Origin: Verrucomicrobiota bacterium
Lineage (GTDB): Bacteria > Verrucomicrobiota > Verrucomicrobiia > Limisphaerales > AAA164-E04
Assembly (NCBI GenBank): GCA_047947115.1
Contig: CP170459.1
Coordinates: 192,001 to 256,000 of the forward strand
DNA length: 64,000 nt
Reading direction: 5' to 3'
Below the pieces are notes generated by a model. The model saw only the letters and a list, made by a program, of their open reading frames with translations. It ran no database searches and was not told where the DNA came from. The translations under genes and the position numbers were made by a program. Of this stretch, positions 10,228-19,654 are shown piece by piece (within the stretch, counting starts at the first letter, position 1; each line of letters opens with the position of its first letter).

Positions 10228-10372
10228 CAGGTAGGACGTGCCGTCCCTGGCGCGTCGCCTTGTGGACAACATCACCAAAGCTGGTTTTCGTTGTGGGAAG
10301 CCTTTGGTTCCCGAACACCATACATCCGCATCCCTGTCGCTCGCGGGCGGACCGGGACGGTCCGATCTACCC
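10228..10372. repeat. GTAG-type REP doublet
   Basis: GTAGGACGTGCCGTCCCTGGCGCGTC ... CGGACCGGGACGGTCCGATCTAC. Confidence 0.85.
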
Positions 10373-10966
10373 AGCCCACACTACATACTTTTTCCATGCC
10401 TCCAAATCATCCACATCCTCCAACTCCCTCAATTCCCGGAAAGTCATATTCGCAGCCTGAAGTCTTTGTCGGGTTATCCCAAGCACCTCAGGCGTGCTCC
10501 ATGGCATTTCTTGAAACAAAGTCGACTCCGGCCTACGCAAACCGATCGCCCAATACCCACCATCGGCAGCCGGCCCCACAACGGCATCTTGATTTCTCAA
10601 TATTTCAAGGGCCTGGTCGATGTCCGTTTTCCGGATATAGGGACAATCCGTCCCCACACAAAGCACCGCATCCACTTCTGTCAACGCATCCTGAACCGAC
10701 CGCTCCATTCGCTGGCCAAGATCCCCCGGTCCTTGTGGCATTAACATCCAATCTGGATGCTTTTTGAACGACTCAATCTCCAGAACCGCATCGTCCGGCG
10801 AAAAACGCAATTCCACCTGCGTGAATGAAACAAGCTGCTTGAGAAAGGTATCTGACAATTCCAGGTAAGCCTGACAAGCGCCTTCCGGACCAATGCTTGC
10901 AGCCAACCGGGTTTTCACCTCACCAGGCCTTGGTGCTTTCAAAAAGACAATGATCCGGAACGTCAT
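10367..10966 (-). CDS. DUF2064/TIGR04282-family glycosyltransferase-like protein
   Basis: KAPRPGEVKTRL, QGPGDLGQRM, GTDCP, GPAADGGY, DVD motifs. Confidence 0.85.
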   Translation of the reverse strand: MTFRIIVFLKAPRPGEVKTRLAASIGPEGACQAYLELSDTFLKQLVSFTQVELRFSPDDAVLEIESFKKHPDWMLMPQGPGDLGQRMERSVQDALTEVDAVLCVGTDCPYIRKTDIDQALEILRNQDAVVGPAADGGYWAIGLRRPESTLFQEMPWSTPEVLGITRQRLQAANMTFRELRELEDVDDLEAWKKYVVWAG

Positions 10967-10971
10967 ACAAT

Positions 10972-11011
10972 AAAAACCCGCGACCGTGGTTTTCTGACCA
11001 GGATCGCGGGT
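10972..11011 (-). terminator. Probable intrinsic terminator after the DUF5069-like gene
   Basis: ACCCGCGA..TCGCGGGT stem followed by T5 on the minus strand. Confidence 0.55.
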
Positions 11012-11037
11012 ATGAAAGGTTTGGCAAGGGATCGGGA

Positions 11038-11484
11038 CTAGCCCTTCAATTCGGCTTGATAGAATTCCAACCAATCATCCAGATTGTTCAGGTTGACCGC
11101 GTCGTAAGGTCCGCTGCAGCTCTCTTCGATACCATTGGCTGACAAGATGCTTTTGCGCGTTTCGTCATCGTGAATGTATCCGTCGATCGCGGCGTTGATG
11201 GCCGTGATGGCTCCCTGATCCAACTTGGCGCCGGGTTGCTTTTTGATCCAGGCCTCCAATTGTGGGTAAGTGGGTTTTTCGCTCTTGATGAAACTCAAGG
11301 TGGCGTCCTTGTCCAGCCCAAGGGCATCCAACACCATCTGGTCATAACCCGCTCCACAGCCGGGATATCCGTCGGCCAGTTTTCCGGTGTTTTCAAGGGA
11401 TACCTTCTGCCAGAATCTTGGAAGGTGTTTGACTCCAAGCGGTCCTGCGACGCTGGAACTAATCGTTGGCACAATTTTGCTCAT
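11038..11484 (-). CDS. DUF5069-like protein
   Basis: GPLGVKHLPRFWQK, GYPGCGAGYD, LDDW motifs. Confidence 0.65.
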   Translation of the reverse strand: MSKIVPTISSSVAGPLGVKHLPRFWQKVSLENTGKLADGYPGCGAGYDQMVLDALGLDKDATLSFIKSEKPTYPQLEAWIKKQPGAKLDQGAITAINAAIDGYIHDDETRKSILSANGIEESCSGPYDAVNLNNLDDWLEFYQAELKG

Positions 11485-11704
11485 AACTGCTTTACTGTTG
11501 ATCGTTACAGGTTTGGTAAGTGGCCAAATCACTACCACCCCGTATGGCGACGGTCAACACGATTCTGATTCGCTCGAATCCAGCAAACATTTAACATACT
11601 CGGTATCAACTCGGCATTTCACACAACTAATACCTTGACGAATGAATGCATCCAGTCAATTTGTCGTCGGTACACGTATAACCGCAATCATCGGTATTTC
11701 TGAT

Positions 11705-12958
11705 ATGAAAAAGCATACACTAACTAGAAGCGGAGCCATGATCCTGCTGATGGCAGCCCTCCTCTCTCAACAAGCAGAGGCCGAATCCGATTGGCCACAA
11801 TGGCGTGGAATCAACCGGGACGGTCATTCCAGCGAAGAAGGATTACTCGACACTTGGCCCGAATCCGGTCCTGAGAAAATCTGGATCTTTGAAAACGCCG
11901 GAAAAGGATATTCCAGCCCGGCCATCGTAGACGGCAAGTATTACACATTGGGCACACGCGGCGACAGCAGTATCCTGCTCTGCCTCGACGCCAACACAGG
12001 CGAAGAACAATGGGCTTCTGAAATCGGAGGCATCCTCGGCAACGGCTGGGGAGACGGCCCTCGCGGTAATCCGGCGGTCGATGGTGAATTTGTTTACGGA
12101 TTGACGGGGGAAGGCATCGCGTTCGCAGCCTCCGTTAAGGACGGTTCCATCAAATGGAAAACATCCATGACGGACCTTGGCGGCAGTGCTCCCACCTGGG
12201 GGTTCAGTGAATCCGTATTGGTCGATGGCGACAAAGTCCTCGTCACTCCCGGCGGAAACAAAGGCACCGTGGCTGCGCTTAACAAGTCAACGGGAACAGT
12301 CATCTGGCAAAGCAAAGACATCACCGAGCCCGCTCACTACTCCTCGGTGGTTGCTGCGGAAATCAACGGCAGCAAGCAATACATCCAGCGCAATGAAAAA
12401 TCCATCTTTGGTCTGAATCCGGAAAACGGAGCCTTGCTTTGGCATGACAATGATTTCCCCGGACGCACTGCAGTGATTCCCACGCCGGTGGTTTTTGGTA
12501 ATCGAATCTTTGTCACCGCAGGCTACGGCGCAGGATGCAAAGCCATCGAAATCGAGCCCGGCAACAAAGTTAAGGAAATTTACTCAAACCGCACGATGAA
12601 AAACCACCATGGCGGTGTCGTCCGTTTGGGTGGTCATGTATTTGGTTACTCGGACGGAGTGGGTTGGTTGTGCCAGAACCTGGCCGACGGCGAGGAAGTC
12701 TGGTCCGAACGCCGCGCTTTGGGCAAAGGTGCCGTCGCATTGGCCGACGGCAAACTCTTCTGCGTGGATGAAGCCAAGGGAACCGTTGCCATGCTGGCCG
12801 CCTCAACCGAGGGATTCAAGCAACTCGGATCATTCACCCTGGATCCACAGTCCGACATACGATCTTCACGAGGCAAAATCTGGACACACCCGGTGATTGT
12901 AAACGGCAAGTTGTATCTTCGAGATCAAAACCTCATCTACTGCTACAAGGTCAAATAA
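11705..12958 (+). CDS. Secreted PQQ-like (BamB-type repeat) beta-propeller protein
   Basis: Signal peptide, DWPQWRG, LDANTGEEQW repeats, WTHPV..GKLYLRD end. Confidence 0.85.
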   Translation: MKKHTLTRSGAMILLMAALLSQQAEAESDWPQWRGINRDGHSSEEGLLDTWPESGPEKIWIFENAGKGYSSPAIVDGKYYTLGTRGDSSILLCLDANTGEEQWASEIGGILGNGWGDGPRGNPAVDGEFVYGLTGEGIAFAASVKDGSIKWKTSMTDLGGSAPTWGFSESVLVDGDKVLVTPGGNKGTVAALNKSTGTVIWQSKDITEPAHYSSVVAAEINGSKQYIQRNEKSIFGLNPENGALLWHDNDFPGRTAVIPTPVVFGNRIFVTAGYGAGCKAIEIEPGNKVKEIYSNRTMKNHHGGVVRLGGHVFGYSDGVGWLCQNLADGEEVWSERRALGKGAVALADGKLFCVDEAKGTVAMLAASTEGFKQLGSFTLDPQSDIRSSRGKIWTHPVIVNGKLYLRDQNLIYCYKVK

Positions 12959-12982
12959 GACCGGAACATCCCTTTGAATGCG

Positions 12983-13013
12983 AAAACGGCGGAACTTGTT
13001 TCCGCCGTTTTTT
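12983..13013 (+). terminator. Intrinsic terminator
   Basis: AAAACGGCGGAA-CTTGT-TTCCGCCGTTTTTT. Confidence 0.8.
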
Positions 13014-13030
13014 CTTAACATCACTTCAAA

Positions 13031-13633
13031 ATGACAACTGATGGCATGGAACAATGGATCCCGTTTTCCTGGGTTTATTGGCTATGCTTTATTTGTGCAT
13101 CCACCATCAGGGCGCTCCATCGACGTCGGTTTCATCAACCACTTCCAAAACTCGACCCAAAAGAGTTGCCCGGCATGCTGCTCAGTTTTCTGGGCATGAC
13201 CGTCTTTCCGTTGATTTATACGCTGACCGATTGGCTCGCCTTCGCGGATTACAAAGGAACACTGGCGATGGTAGTGTCAGGAACACTCGGCATGATCCTG
13301 TCCGTCGCCATCATCTCCAAATCACACCGGGATCTGGGCGCACAATGGACACATACCCCAAGGCAGGTCGATCATCCTGAACTGGTCGTTCACGGGATAT
13401 ACACCACCATCCGCCACCCCATGTATGCCGCACACTTTCTCTGGGGCATTTCTCAAGCGCTGCTTCTATGGAACGTCCTTGCGGGATTTGGGTTTCTGAT
13501 TGGATTCCTCGTATTTCTCCCTCTCCGACTGAGTCTGGAGGAATCGAATCTCAAACAAACATTCGGTGAAGCATACACCGAATATGCAGCAAAAACACCG
13601 CGGTTTATCCCGAGAGGAAAGCGATCAAACTGA
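13031..13633 (+). CDS. Isoprenylcysteine carboxyl methyltransferase (ICMT/PEMT) family membrane protein
   Basis: GIYTTIRHPMY, EESNLKQTFGEAY, TPRFIP. Confidence 0.85.
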   Translation: MTTDGMEQWIPFSWVYWLCFICASTIRALHRRRFHQPLPKLDPKELPGMLLSFLGMTVFPLIYTLTDWLAFADYKGTLAMVVSGTLGMILSVAIISKSHRDLGAQWTHTPRQVDHPELVVHGIYTTIRHPMYAAHFLWGISQALLLWNVLAGFGFLIGFLVFLPLRLSLEESNLKQTFGEAYTEYAAKTPRFIPRGKRSN

Positions 13634-14992
13634 TCACTTCAACTTTTCAATGGACGCCCGAACCAAAGCAGCCGGCAGGGCAAAAGTCGTCACCCGGTTG
13701 TAACGCGCTATATTCACCCCCACCACCTTCCCCTCCAAATCCATCAGCGGCCCACCCATGGCTTTGGGCGGAATGGGAATTTCATGTTGAATCACTTCCT
13801 GGTAACCGGTTCTTCGCTCGGAAATATCTCCGCTCAATTCAATATTCACATCCTGCTCGGGAAAGGCAGTGTCAAAATACCCAAGAGTGACCGTCTTGAC
13901 CAATTCCTGCTCGCCCCGATGAATTTTCAAATTTAATTTTTCGCCCGGACCGTGTTGCCGGACGATTTGAATAATATCCGAAGATGTCATCACGCTGATT
14001 CCATTCACCGAAACCACCACATCCTCAGGCAACACTCCGGCCTTTTCAGCACCGGAATCAGGCCTGACCCCGGTAATGAGCCCTCCCTTCAACCGGGGAA
14101 TAATGAGTTCTGGAAATGCATCCTCAAGCACCATGAGATTCAGTACACTTCGATACTGAAATCGATCTCCTCCCTCCAAGGATGCTTCTTTTGCCATCAA
14201 CCTTTCCGTTGGCTCACTCAATTGCACTCCCTCCAAAAGTTCCCCGTTAAATAACGATCTGCGAAACATGGTTCGATTCAATAAGTCAAGGATACGCTCC
14301 CCCGGGGAATCCTGATTTTCCTCTGCAGCCTGACCTGGATCCAAATCATCAGGCGACATGAATTCAGCAAGGAATTGGTCAAGGGGTCTTTTCTTTTGTT
14401 CAACCAATATCCTGAATTCGTTGAAATCCTTGAAAGAATTCAGGCTCAAAAAATCCGCCGCATTCATCAACTGAACCCCGAGGGCTCCCGGCTTTTTGGG
14501 GATGGCTCTTTGAACGGCGCTGACCACCCCAACGCGCACCTGGGTTTCATCTTCATGCGGTGAAATCATCCATTGCCCCATGGAGGGTGTTGCATCGCCG
14601 GACCACTGAACAGCCTGCATTCCATCCGCCTTGATTTTCAACAATGCCAGATCGTTGTCGCGATCGACGCTGATGAATTCTGGAACATACAACTTGTTCT
14701 TTGCATCCCGCACCTCGAGGGCCATGCCGAACTCGCTGGCTTTGGTCACGATATAACCGTCCTCGGAAACCACCGTCCCGAGAGCGATCTGGTGTCCATC
14801 CTCCAGGATTTCAACCACCGAATCGCGGTGTTTCTCATAAAGGGGCTCGAACACCGAACGTGTATTCCAGCCATTGACCCTTTCCGAACGATCCAGGTAA
14901 CCGGTATCCGCAGCATTACCGGACGATGGAACGCTCAAAAACAGAGCGATGAAGAACGCCTTTAAAATGAAGGATTTTGTTGTAGAAAACAT
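13634..14992 (-). CDS. Trypsin-fold/PDZ protein lacking catalytic His and Ser (pseudo-protease)
   Basis: GYIVTKASE, DLALLK, KAMGGPL; PDZ (SGAEKAGV..DVV) inserted within the protease domain. Confidence 0.75.
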   Translation of the reverse strand: MFSTTKSFILKAFFIALFLSVPSSGNAADTGYLDRSERVNGWNTRSVFEPLYEKHRDSVVEILEDGHQIALGTVVSEDGYIVTKASEFGMALEVRDAKNKLYVPEFISVDRDNDLALLKIKADGMQAVQWSGDATPSMGQWMISPHEDETQVRVGVVSAVQRAIPKKPGALGVQLMNAADFLSLNSFKDFNEFRILVEQKKRPLDQFLAEFMSPDDLDPGQAAEENQDSPGERILDLLNRTMFRRSLFNGELLEGVQLSEPTERLMAKEASLEGGDRFQYRSVLNLMVLEDAFPELIIPRLKGGLITGVRPDSGAEKAGVLPEDVVVSVNGISVMTSSDIIQIVRQHGPGEKLNLKIHRGEQELVKTVTLGYFDTAFPEQDVNIELSGDISERRTGYQEVIQHEIPIPPKAMGGPLMDLEGKVVGVNIARYNRVTTFALPAALVRASIEKLK

Positions 14993-15028
14993 GACAAGGA
15001 ATAAAGAGTCTCAAGCTGAACGAAACCA

Positions 15029-15997
15029 TCAAAACCCACGACCGCGCCAGCGGCCACGACGGGGAGCCTTTCCGAGTTCCACTGTCAATTCACTGGTGGA
15101 TTCACCCCGCAGATACTGAATTTTTACGGAAGCTCCGGCAATGTTCTTGCCAATGGCCCAACGGTAATCCGCTGAATCGTCTATGGAATATCCATCGACT
15201 GAAAGAATGACATCGTCGACCAAAATGCCGGCATCCACCGCAACGGTGTTCTCACGCACCCGGGTGACCACCACCCCTTGATCGTGAGTTTCCACATCCA
15301 CCCCCAGGTCACCGCGTTCCGATCTGTCGCGGGTATTGGGAAGGTCTTCACCCGCCAGCAAGGGATCCCACATCTTGTGGAATGCATCGATGGGTGCATG
15401 ATAATTATCATCCAGGGGATCCCCGATACGACTGTTGATGCCGATCACCTCACCGTTAATATTGAACAACGGCCCCCCCGAATCACCTCTAAGCAGTTCA
15501 CAGTCGGTCCGAATCGTGTCGCTTCTGGCGTAGATAACTTTTCCCACCCTCAGCACGGCACCTCGATCTTTATCAAATCCCCCGGGATGCCCCAGAGCAA
15601 AACACCAGTCACCGGCATTCACCGATTTACGGGAACCCAGGGGACTGAACGGCCAGGGGCCCTCTCCTTCCAACTGGACCATTCCGGCATCGGCATGATC
15701 AAATCGCCCGAGCGTCCGCGCCCTCACACGTTTCCCGTCAGGCATGACGCAGGAAATGCGCCGTCCGGGTTCCCCGCTGACATGGGCAGCCGTCAACACC
15801 AGACCGTTCTCGGAAACAATGACACCGGTTCCGCCGGAACCCACCCCGATCGTGGAATCCAATGCCTGGGGCAATACCGATTGCACCTTTCGCTGTGTTT
15901 CCAGAAAATCCTCCACCGAGGGCTCACCGGCACCACAAACCAAAGCATGCACCCACAAGGAGCTCACCAAGATGAGACGAACGAACGATCTACTCAT
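15029..15997 (-). CDS. HtrA/DegP-like serine protease with one PDZ domain
   Basis: TAAHV, DAG, GDSGGPL catalytic triad; C-terminal PDZ. Confidence 0.9.
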   Translation of the reverse strand: MSRSFVRLILVSSLWVHALVCGAGEPSVEDFLETQRKVQSVLPQALDSTIGVGSGGTGVIVSENGLVLTAAHVSGEPGRRISCVMPDGKRVRARTLGRFDHADAGMVQLEGEGPWPFSPLGSRKSVNAGDWCFALGHPGGFDKDRGAVLRVGKVIYARSDTIRTDCELLRGDSGGPLFNINGEVIGINSRIGDPLDDNYHAPIDAFHKMWDPLLAGEDLPNTRDRSERGDLGVDVETHDQGVVVTRVRENTVAVDAGILVDDVILSVDGYSIDDSADYRWAIGKNIAGASVKIQYLRGESTSELTVELGKAPRRGRWRGRGF

Positions 15998-16121
15998 AAC
16001 TTTGAATTTATTAAAGAGTTACGGCCATCACTGACTCAACCGCAATCAAACCCGGAGTCCGTTAAGACTTCTTATAAAGACTCAATGGAACAAGGGAAGT
16101 TACAGCTTTTTTACCGGCCGT

Positions 16122-17126
16122 CTATTCTTCCAGCAACCATGCCCCTCCATTGGCGCGAATCAAGTCGGGAATATTCACCGAGCACCCACCGTTGGCCTTG
16201 CTGACATCAGCAGCCTGCATGAAAGCGAACAATTCAACAGTTTCCCTGGCAGATACAGGAGCTGTGCCTGTCTGAAAAAATTGAATGATTTCTTTCACCA
16301 ACGGCACATAACTGCCACCTCCCTGTTGATCCTGGATCCCTTTGGAGCCGAAGAGGGTCACCTTGTAGGCCGAATGTCCGGTGCGCAAGCCGTAGACGAT
16401 GCCCGTCTTTCCGTCATCCCACAGCCCGGAAACAATGTCCGTCTCGGGACTGAATGTGCGGGAAACGGAGAGACAACCGGTTCCCATCACGGCAAACAAT
16501 GCCTCGGTCGGGTGAACACCGTACCAAAACAAATCCGGATGATGTGGCTCGAGACTGCAGGGACCATAGGAGATCGCCCCCTTCAGATCCCCAATGTGCT
16601 TGGCCTTTAATTCCACCAAACTGGGATAATACCGAAGCGAGGAAGACGAAAAACAGGGAACCCCCGCTTGACGCGCGAGGGAGAAGATTTCAATCACATC
16701 CTTCAGTGATCCCGCCATCGGTTTGTCTATAAACAAAGGCAACCCGGCGGCGATCACAGGTTTAGCCTGTTCGAGATGAGGCCGTCCATCCACACTTTCA
16801 AGCAAAACCGCGTCCACCTTCGTGCAAAGCATCTCGATGGAATCAACGATCTCAACGCCGAATTCGGTGTTCAATTGCTCGGTGAATTTGTCGACACGGG
16901 TGTAACTGGATTCAACATCATCACTCCCCCCCTTGAAAGCAGCAACCACCTTGCCCCCGGGAATATGATCCGAACGGGAAGCATCATTCAGAATACGCGT
17001 GAAGGCGACGACGTGAGACGTATCAAGTCCAATCATCCCCAAACGCAATGGCTTGGCCTTTTCCTGTGCATGGGCGCTCAAACACACCAACATGCAGCCC
17101 AACAAAAGTGATATCGACTGTTTCAT
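16122..17126 (-). CDS. Secreted Gfo/Idh/MocA-family oxidoreductase
   Basis: Signal peptide, LGMIGLDTSH, FIDKP, WYGVH. Confidence 0.85.
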   Translation of the reverse strand: MKQSISLLLGCMLVCLSAHAQEKAKPLRLGMIGLDTSHVVAFTRILNDASRSDHIPGGKVVAAFKGGSDDVESSYTRVDKFTEQLNTEFGVEIVDSIEMLCTKVDAVLLESVDGRPHLEQAKPVIAAGLPLFIDKPMAGSLKDVIEIFSLARQAGVPCFSSSSLRYYPSLVELKAKHIGDLKGAISYGPCSLEPHHPDLFWYGVHPTEALFAVMGTGCLSVSRTFSPETDIVSGLWDDGKTGIVYGLRTGHSAYKVTLFGSKGIQDQQGGGSYVPLVKEIIQFFQTGTAPVSARETVELFAFMQAADVSKANGGCSVNIPDLIRANGGAWLLEE

Positions 17127-17197
17127 GGATTGCCGAAACCATACCGGCCTTTACCAAAAAAATCAATTTAGGAAAACGAATACCTGAGGCTCACCCC

Positions 17198-17395
17198 GGG
17201 TAGAGACGTGCCGTCCCTGGCGTGTGTGAAATCCATTCAACTTCCGTTTCGGGAAGTCCGCTGTTATCTCCGGCCTGTCTTCTTGATCAACACGCTAAAA
17301 AGGTGCTGCGATTCGAATAAGTCAGGACTCTCCTTCAGATGGCGTTTTTGAATACGAATGCCACAAGGCACGGATCGGGAGGATCAGCTCTACCC
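17198..17395. repeat. GTAG-type REP doublet
   Basis: GTAGAGACGTGCCGTCCCTGGCGTGT ... CCACAAGG.CGGATCGGGAGGATCAGCTCTAC. Confidence 0.8.
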
Positions 17396-17401
17396 GCCCC
17401 C

Positions 17402-18937
17402 CTATTTTCCTATCGAATAAAGATGTGATTGCGTCCCGACATAGACGGCTCCATTGGCCACCACGGGAGTCGAATAAATCGGAGAACCGAAGTAAACCTC
17501 GTGCAGCAGTTTCTTTTCTCTGGAGGCTTCCAGCACCACAACATCACCATCTTCATCCCCGACATAAACCTTGCCGTCAGCCACCAGGGTGGACCCCCAC
17601 ACATGCGCCTTCATGTCATAGATCCAATGTTCTTCACCTGTGTCGGCATCCAAACAATATACAAAACCAGAAAAATCGGAGACAAACAGCAATCCGGTAT
17701 CCGGATCAATGGAAACGGTGGAAAGGGTGCGATTGATTTTGTCGTAGGTCCAAATCGCGCCGTCCTTGGTAATATCCCCCTTTTTGGTAGCGTCAATGCA
17801 TGCAAGATAGCCGACACCTTCACCATGCTCAGGATCTTGTCCAATTCCGATGTAAACGCGGTTTTTGTAATAAACCGGAGTGGCAATGCACTCGCTCGGA
17901 CCCTCTGCGTCCGGATATTCGATGGCTTCACCGTCTCTGGTCTTGTATTTGGCAGGAACACAATCGAATTTCCAAATCTCTTCCAAAACGGAAGTGTCCC
18001 CCTTTTTCACCGGCTCAGGATGGTAGGCATAACAGACGCCATCTCCACCGCCGAACAGAACCATCCTGGATCCGTTGACATCCCCGAATCCGGGTGAGGA
18101 CCAGTTGCAATGAAACATGCGCTCACTGATGCCGGATGATTCCTCGCCAAGATATTTGCCGGTCGCTTTATCCAGCACGACCAGACAAGGTGATTCGGGA
18201 TACGGCACGCTTTCATGCAAATAATCCTGACCATTTGAAGTACTGGCATAGACCTTGTCCCCGACGACGAGAACCGAACTACTGGTCATGTTGTGTGGAA
18301 AGATGCCCAACTCTTCACGCATGTTATAAACCCATAAAATGTCCGCATCCGTTTCACCAGGAGTGATGGGGGGATTGTCCGGACCGGCCATGTATTGCCC
18401 TTCATCCTGGTAACCGTCGTTTCCATTGGCCATACCCTTGGCATCCAGACAGACCACTTCACACCGATTGGACACCACATAAACCCGGTCCCCATCAACG
18501 GTCGGGGAAGAACAAATGCCGATATATTCCCAGTCACTGACCTGGCCGGCACTCAATTTAGGCACCACCAATTGCCACAGGAACTTGCCCGTTTTTTCGT
18601 CCAGACACATCACGATCCCGCGATCCCCCTTGTGTTTGGGATCACGAGGTGAGTCGTTGTTCGTGCCAACATAAACGCGCCCGTTTGCCACTGTGACATT
18701 ACCGTAGGATTGAGACCCGAGCTTGGTTGCCCAGCGCACATTCCTGGTGGTTGCCATGTCGATTTCCTCGGTGCCCGACTTGTAGTCCCCGGCTTCAAAC
18801 TCATGCACGAGCCCTTTCTCGGGACTATAAAAATTTTTGGTCGGCGTGCGTCCCCACTGGCCCCAGTCACCTCCTCGAAGGATTCCGGAAGTGCCAACAA
18901 GCAGGACGGCGGTCCATGTGATCTTGGATAAATTCAT
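17402..18937 (-). CDS. Secreted PQQ-like beta-propeller protein
   Basis: DWGQWG, LDEKTGKFLW / LDADTGEEHW repeats. Confidence 0.85.
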   Translation of the reverse strand: MNLSKITWTAVLLVGTSGILRGGDWGQWGRTPTKNFYSPEKGLVHEFEAGDYKSGTEEIDMATTRNVRWATKLGSQSYGNVTVANGRVYVGTNNDSPRDPKHKGDRGIVMCLDEKTGKFLWQLVVPKLSAGQVSDWEYIGICSSPTVDGDRVYVVSNRCEVVCLDAKGMANGNDGYQDEGQYMAGPDNPPITPGETDADILWVYNMREELGIFPHNMTSSSVLVVGDKVYASTSNGQDYLHESVPYPESPCLVVLDKATGKYLGEESSGISERMFHCNWSSPGFGDVNGSRMVLFGGGDGVCYAYHPEPVKKGDTSVLEEIWKFDCVPAKYKTRDGEAIEYPDAEGPSECIATPVYYKNRVYIGIGQDPEHGEGVGYLACIDATKKGDITKDGAIWTYDKINRTLSTVSIDPDTGLLFVSDFSGFVYCLDADTGEEHWIYDMKAHVWGSTLVADGKVYVGDEDGDVVVLEASREKKLLHEVYFGSPIYSTPVVANGAVYVGTQSHLYSIGK

Positions 18938-19165
18938 AAGCTAGTGATGCGTTTACTCTATATAGGACTATGTTGATCGGACAAGATTCAAATCCACTCC
19001 GTCAACAGTGTGATCTCCGTAAAACACGACGGCAGAAACATGTGACGGCACTCACCCTGCAAAAATTCGGGCAAAATATGAATGTGTCAACAACGCGAAT
19101 GACTTGCCCAAGAACAGAAAAATGGCGATGCTGGACCAACAGACGCGAAAAACAACACGCATGTA

Positions 19166-19555
19166 ATGACCGAGACGAACCAACGCGTAAGAATCGACAA
19201 ATGGCTGTGGGCGGCGCGAATCTACAAAACACGCAGCCTCGCCATGCAGGCCTGCAAAGCCGGACATGTCAAAGTGGACGGCCACAATGTCAAGCCATCC
19301 AGATTTGTGCAGATAGGGGACGACATCCAGGCGCGCAACGGAACCGTTTTACGCAAAGTGAAGGTGACCGGACTCCTTGAACAACGTGTCAGCGCCAAAG
19401 AGGCCGCGCAATTTGTGGAAGACCTGGCCCCACCTGAAGATCTCCGCCCCAAATCCTCCGCGCCCATCCCCCAGCCAGTGATCCTCTACAAACGAGGCGC
19501 CGGCCGCCCCACCAAGCGCGATCGCAGGAAAATGGAGGAGCTCGACTGGGGCTAA
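19166..19555 (+). CDS. hslR: Ribosome-associated heat shock protein Hsp15 (S4 domain)
   Basis: RIDKWLWAARIYKTRS, GRPTKRDRR. Confidence 0.9.
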   Translation: MTETNQRVRIDKWLWAARIYKTRSLAMQACKAGHVKVDGHNVKPSRFVQIGDDIQARNGTVLRKVKVTGLLEQRVSAKEAAQFVEDLAPPEDLRPKSSAPIPQPVILYKRGAGRPTKRDRRKMEELDWG

Positions 19556-19654
19556 TCCACCGCCGGTTTGAATGGTGAATTTAAAATAGTGAACTGGGTG
19601 GTGCGGTGAATCGATACCCTTTACCCGATGCTTACCTTTCAATACACTGCGGTC

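Noticed and set aside
10367..10966. Arsenosugar biosynthesis cluster
   Set aside because: No adjacent ArsS radical SAM, ArsM or partner glycosyltransferase
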